Assembly: GCF_001194135.2 (NCBI RefSeq)
Contig: NC_068982.1
Coordinates: 5,167,378 to 5,231,377, forward strand
Direction: 5' to 3'
From: Octopus bimaculoides
Taxonomy: Eukaryota
Length of the DNA stretch: 64,000 nt
Positions 61,731 to 64,000 of the stretch are shown here, in pieces. The notes under the pieces were generated by a model. The model made no database searches. It saw only the letters and a program-made list of their open reading frames with translations, and was not told the DNA's origin. The position numbers and the translations under genes were made by a program. Within the stretch, counting starts at the first letter, position 1. Every line of letters begins with the position of its first letter.

Positions 61731-62734
61731 TGTACTAGGAATCGATTCATTTGACTAAAAATTCTTGAAGGCAGTGCCCCAGCATGACCACAGTCTAATA
61801 ATGGAAATAAGTAAAAGATAAAAGAGAAGTATTCAAGAACTACAAGATCCTACAGCCAAATCTCCCTTGAATCGTACAGCTTTTCCTCTGAAAATATAAC
61901 AATTCTTTTTTCCTCAGAGTAAGAGGGTGAGGAATTTCAAAAATTTTCAAACATTATTTTCATAAAAGGATGACCCCACCCCACCATCATTTCGAAGGTT
62001 GTGGTGAAATACAAAATGGGGAAAAGTCCCCGTGAAAATCGAGTAGCTCCAACTCCTCTCCTCTTCCCCTCGGGAAAAATTTTCCTCACAAATTTCTTTA
62101 TAATCATAATCTATGCCATTTGAAATTTCATTAAAAGAAATCCATTTTCCTGAAAGTTATGAGGGAAAAAAGTCCGATTGTGTGAATTTTCCAAAACTCC
62201 TCTTCCCACTCCGTTGGAAAAATTCTTTCCCATAAATCCCTATATATTCTGAATCCACAGTATGTAAGTGGTATTTGTTGAAAATTTTGTTTAAAAATAT
62301 CCATTTTTCTGCAAGTTGTGAGGCAACAAAGTCGGAAGGGTACATATGTGTAGTTATGACAACAAAAAATTATCCAGTGTTCACAGTAAAGGGCAATAAC
62401 TCCGGGTTTTACTGTTTAAATTTGTGGGAACAAACCACAAAATCATGTATCATGGAAATTCCTAGTTCGACTTATTCAAAACATGTTTTATTCCGTTTGT
62501 ATTCACATTTCAGGGGTTTTTACTTTCAGAGTATTTTCCCATTATGCATCAGTTTGGCTGTTTTAAATGACAGACAAGCAAGCAAGCAATCACAGAGTTT
62601 TAATAGTATAAAGATACATAAGGATAAGCATATTAAAAGGGGTCTGTGGGGGAAACTCATTTAAATAAAAGGGTTGGGAACCACTGTTGAGAACCACTGT
62701 GAAACGGTTGTAAACCACTGACCTACATCCACTG

Positions 62735-63157
62735 GATCCCTTCTAGTCAAATGGTCAACAAAGAATACCTTGTGGAGGTTTTGGGCGAATTCAGAAAGAA
62801 ATTTCATTGCGAAGAGCAGGAGCAACTGAACTAGGACAATGCACCAGTTCACAGTTCAATTCTAGGAATTAACTTCTTGGCAGAGATGGGCATGAAAACC
62901 GGCCCCCACTCTCCTTATAGTCCACACCTTGCTCTCTATGACTGTTGACCGTTTTCCAAGCAGAAGGAGAAGATGAAGGAGGTGGCGACAAGGGTCATGG
63001 ACACCTTTACTTTGGGAGACATCCATGGAGCCTTCCAATACATCAAGTGCATCGATGCCAGGGGGTTCCACTTTGAAGGAGATTATAGAGTTTTGTGCTT
63101 CTTTGAAATTAATGTCTCTCTTGAAAAATTGTCAAAACTTCTTGAATGCTCTCTGTA
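62735..63157 (+). pseudogene. Decayed mariner (DD34D-type) transposase 3' part with right TIR
   Basis: PSSQMVNKEYLVEVLGEFRKKF..*DNAPVHSSILGINFLAEMGMKTGPHSPYSPHLALYDC*PFSK..MKEVATRVMDT..HGAFQ..KCIDARGFHFEGD corresponds to the mariner DNA(P) and HPPYSPDLAP.D motifs. The terminus is aaacttcttgaatgctctctg|TA. Confidence 0.85.
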
Positions 63158-63951
63158 CAACTGAGCATTGTGTTAAGAATTAATAAAATAATTGATACCA
63201 ATGCTATGTTTGTGTGAGTATGTGTTTCTTATTTCCATCTGAACTGATAAGAAACAGATATCTTTTCAGAGAAGTGTTGGAGTGGTCTGAGTTTTGGACA
63301 TATATTTTGGCGATTGGAAGTGGTTTTTGCATAGTGATAGATTTCTCCTTTTATACTTTCAGCCATTCAAATATTAATAAGCTGCAAAATTTGTTTATCA
63401 TTCAGATACGATTTAGGTAAGCAGACTTAGGAGTGAGATGAATGTTTGAGGTAACTGTTTCTTACAAAATGTAGAATATTCCTTTGTAGAATTAAACAGA
63501 GACACAAATAAACCCATAGATAGACAAGCATAACAGATAGATGTGAAGAAGGAGGAATTAGGTTAAGGATCAAAAGCCTTAGAGATTAACAGAGAGCAGA
63601 TTAAGATATGACAAGAATATATAAATAAGGAAAATGAATGTAAGATAAGATAAGATAAGATCTAGTAAGCTCAGATATGAACAAGAAGAGAAAATATATT
63701 TACCAGTTCAAAAATATAGAACACTGAATATTGTGGAGGAAATTATGCAGAAATCGTATAGAAACAGAGTTGCCAATATCAAAAAGCTGGTCCTGAGGCA
63801 TCTGAATAGAAACATCAATGAGTAAAGCGAACTTATTCGTTCATTTATTTTGAGATGGTGTTGGATTCCAAAAAACGAAGACTATTTAATAATATAATGT
63901 AGTAAAAGTTCTAAAAACTGGGTGCATATACGTATGCATATACATGTATGT

Positions 63952-63986
<35 letters not shown>

Positions 63987-64000
63987 CATATATATGTATA

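Noticed and set aside
62670-62720. Three tandem AACCACTG hAT-TIR-like ends
   Set aside because: Too short, and no matching left end or TSD found; probably a local micro-duplication.

Overview
AT-rich animal genomic DNA, dense in microsatellites and repeats, with many N-gaps. The SINE families and simple-repeat density resemble an Octopus (coleoid cephalopod) short-read assembly; this is inferred from recalled family features, not from a search. Only one host coding segment is well supported: the first coding exon of a neuronal calcium sensor-1/frequenin gene on the minus strand (9064->9001, MGKRNSKLKPDEIEELRTKTY + phase-1 GTAAGT donor), which the ORF track missed. Positions 1-9000 are its intron, and about 11-64 kb is upstream or intergenic sequence. 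That region holds at least five SINE-like families, CR1-like and R4/Dong-like LINE fragments, three decayed Tc1/mariner elements and several MITEs or fold-backs. The most notable observations are: (i) a tRNA-headed SINE-like family whose reconstructed consensus carries a minimal type I hammerhead ribozyme motif, with two copies forming a ~480 bp inverted repeat; (ii) a CR1-like LINE and the most abundant SINE sharing a 3' tail hairpin with a compensatory base-pair change; (iii) a hairpin and clustered uORFs around the NCS1 exon. Repeat boundaries are approximate unless a TSD or TIR is quoted. Nearly all ORFs in the supplied track are microsatellite, gap or repeat artefacts. There are no rRNA genes, genuine tRNA genes or CRISPR arrays.
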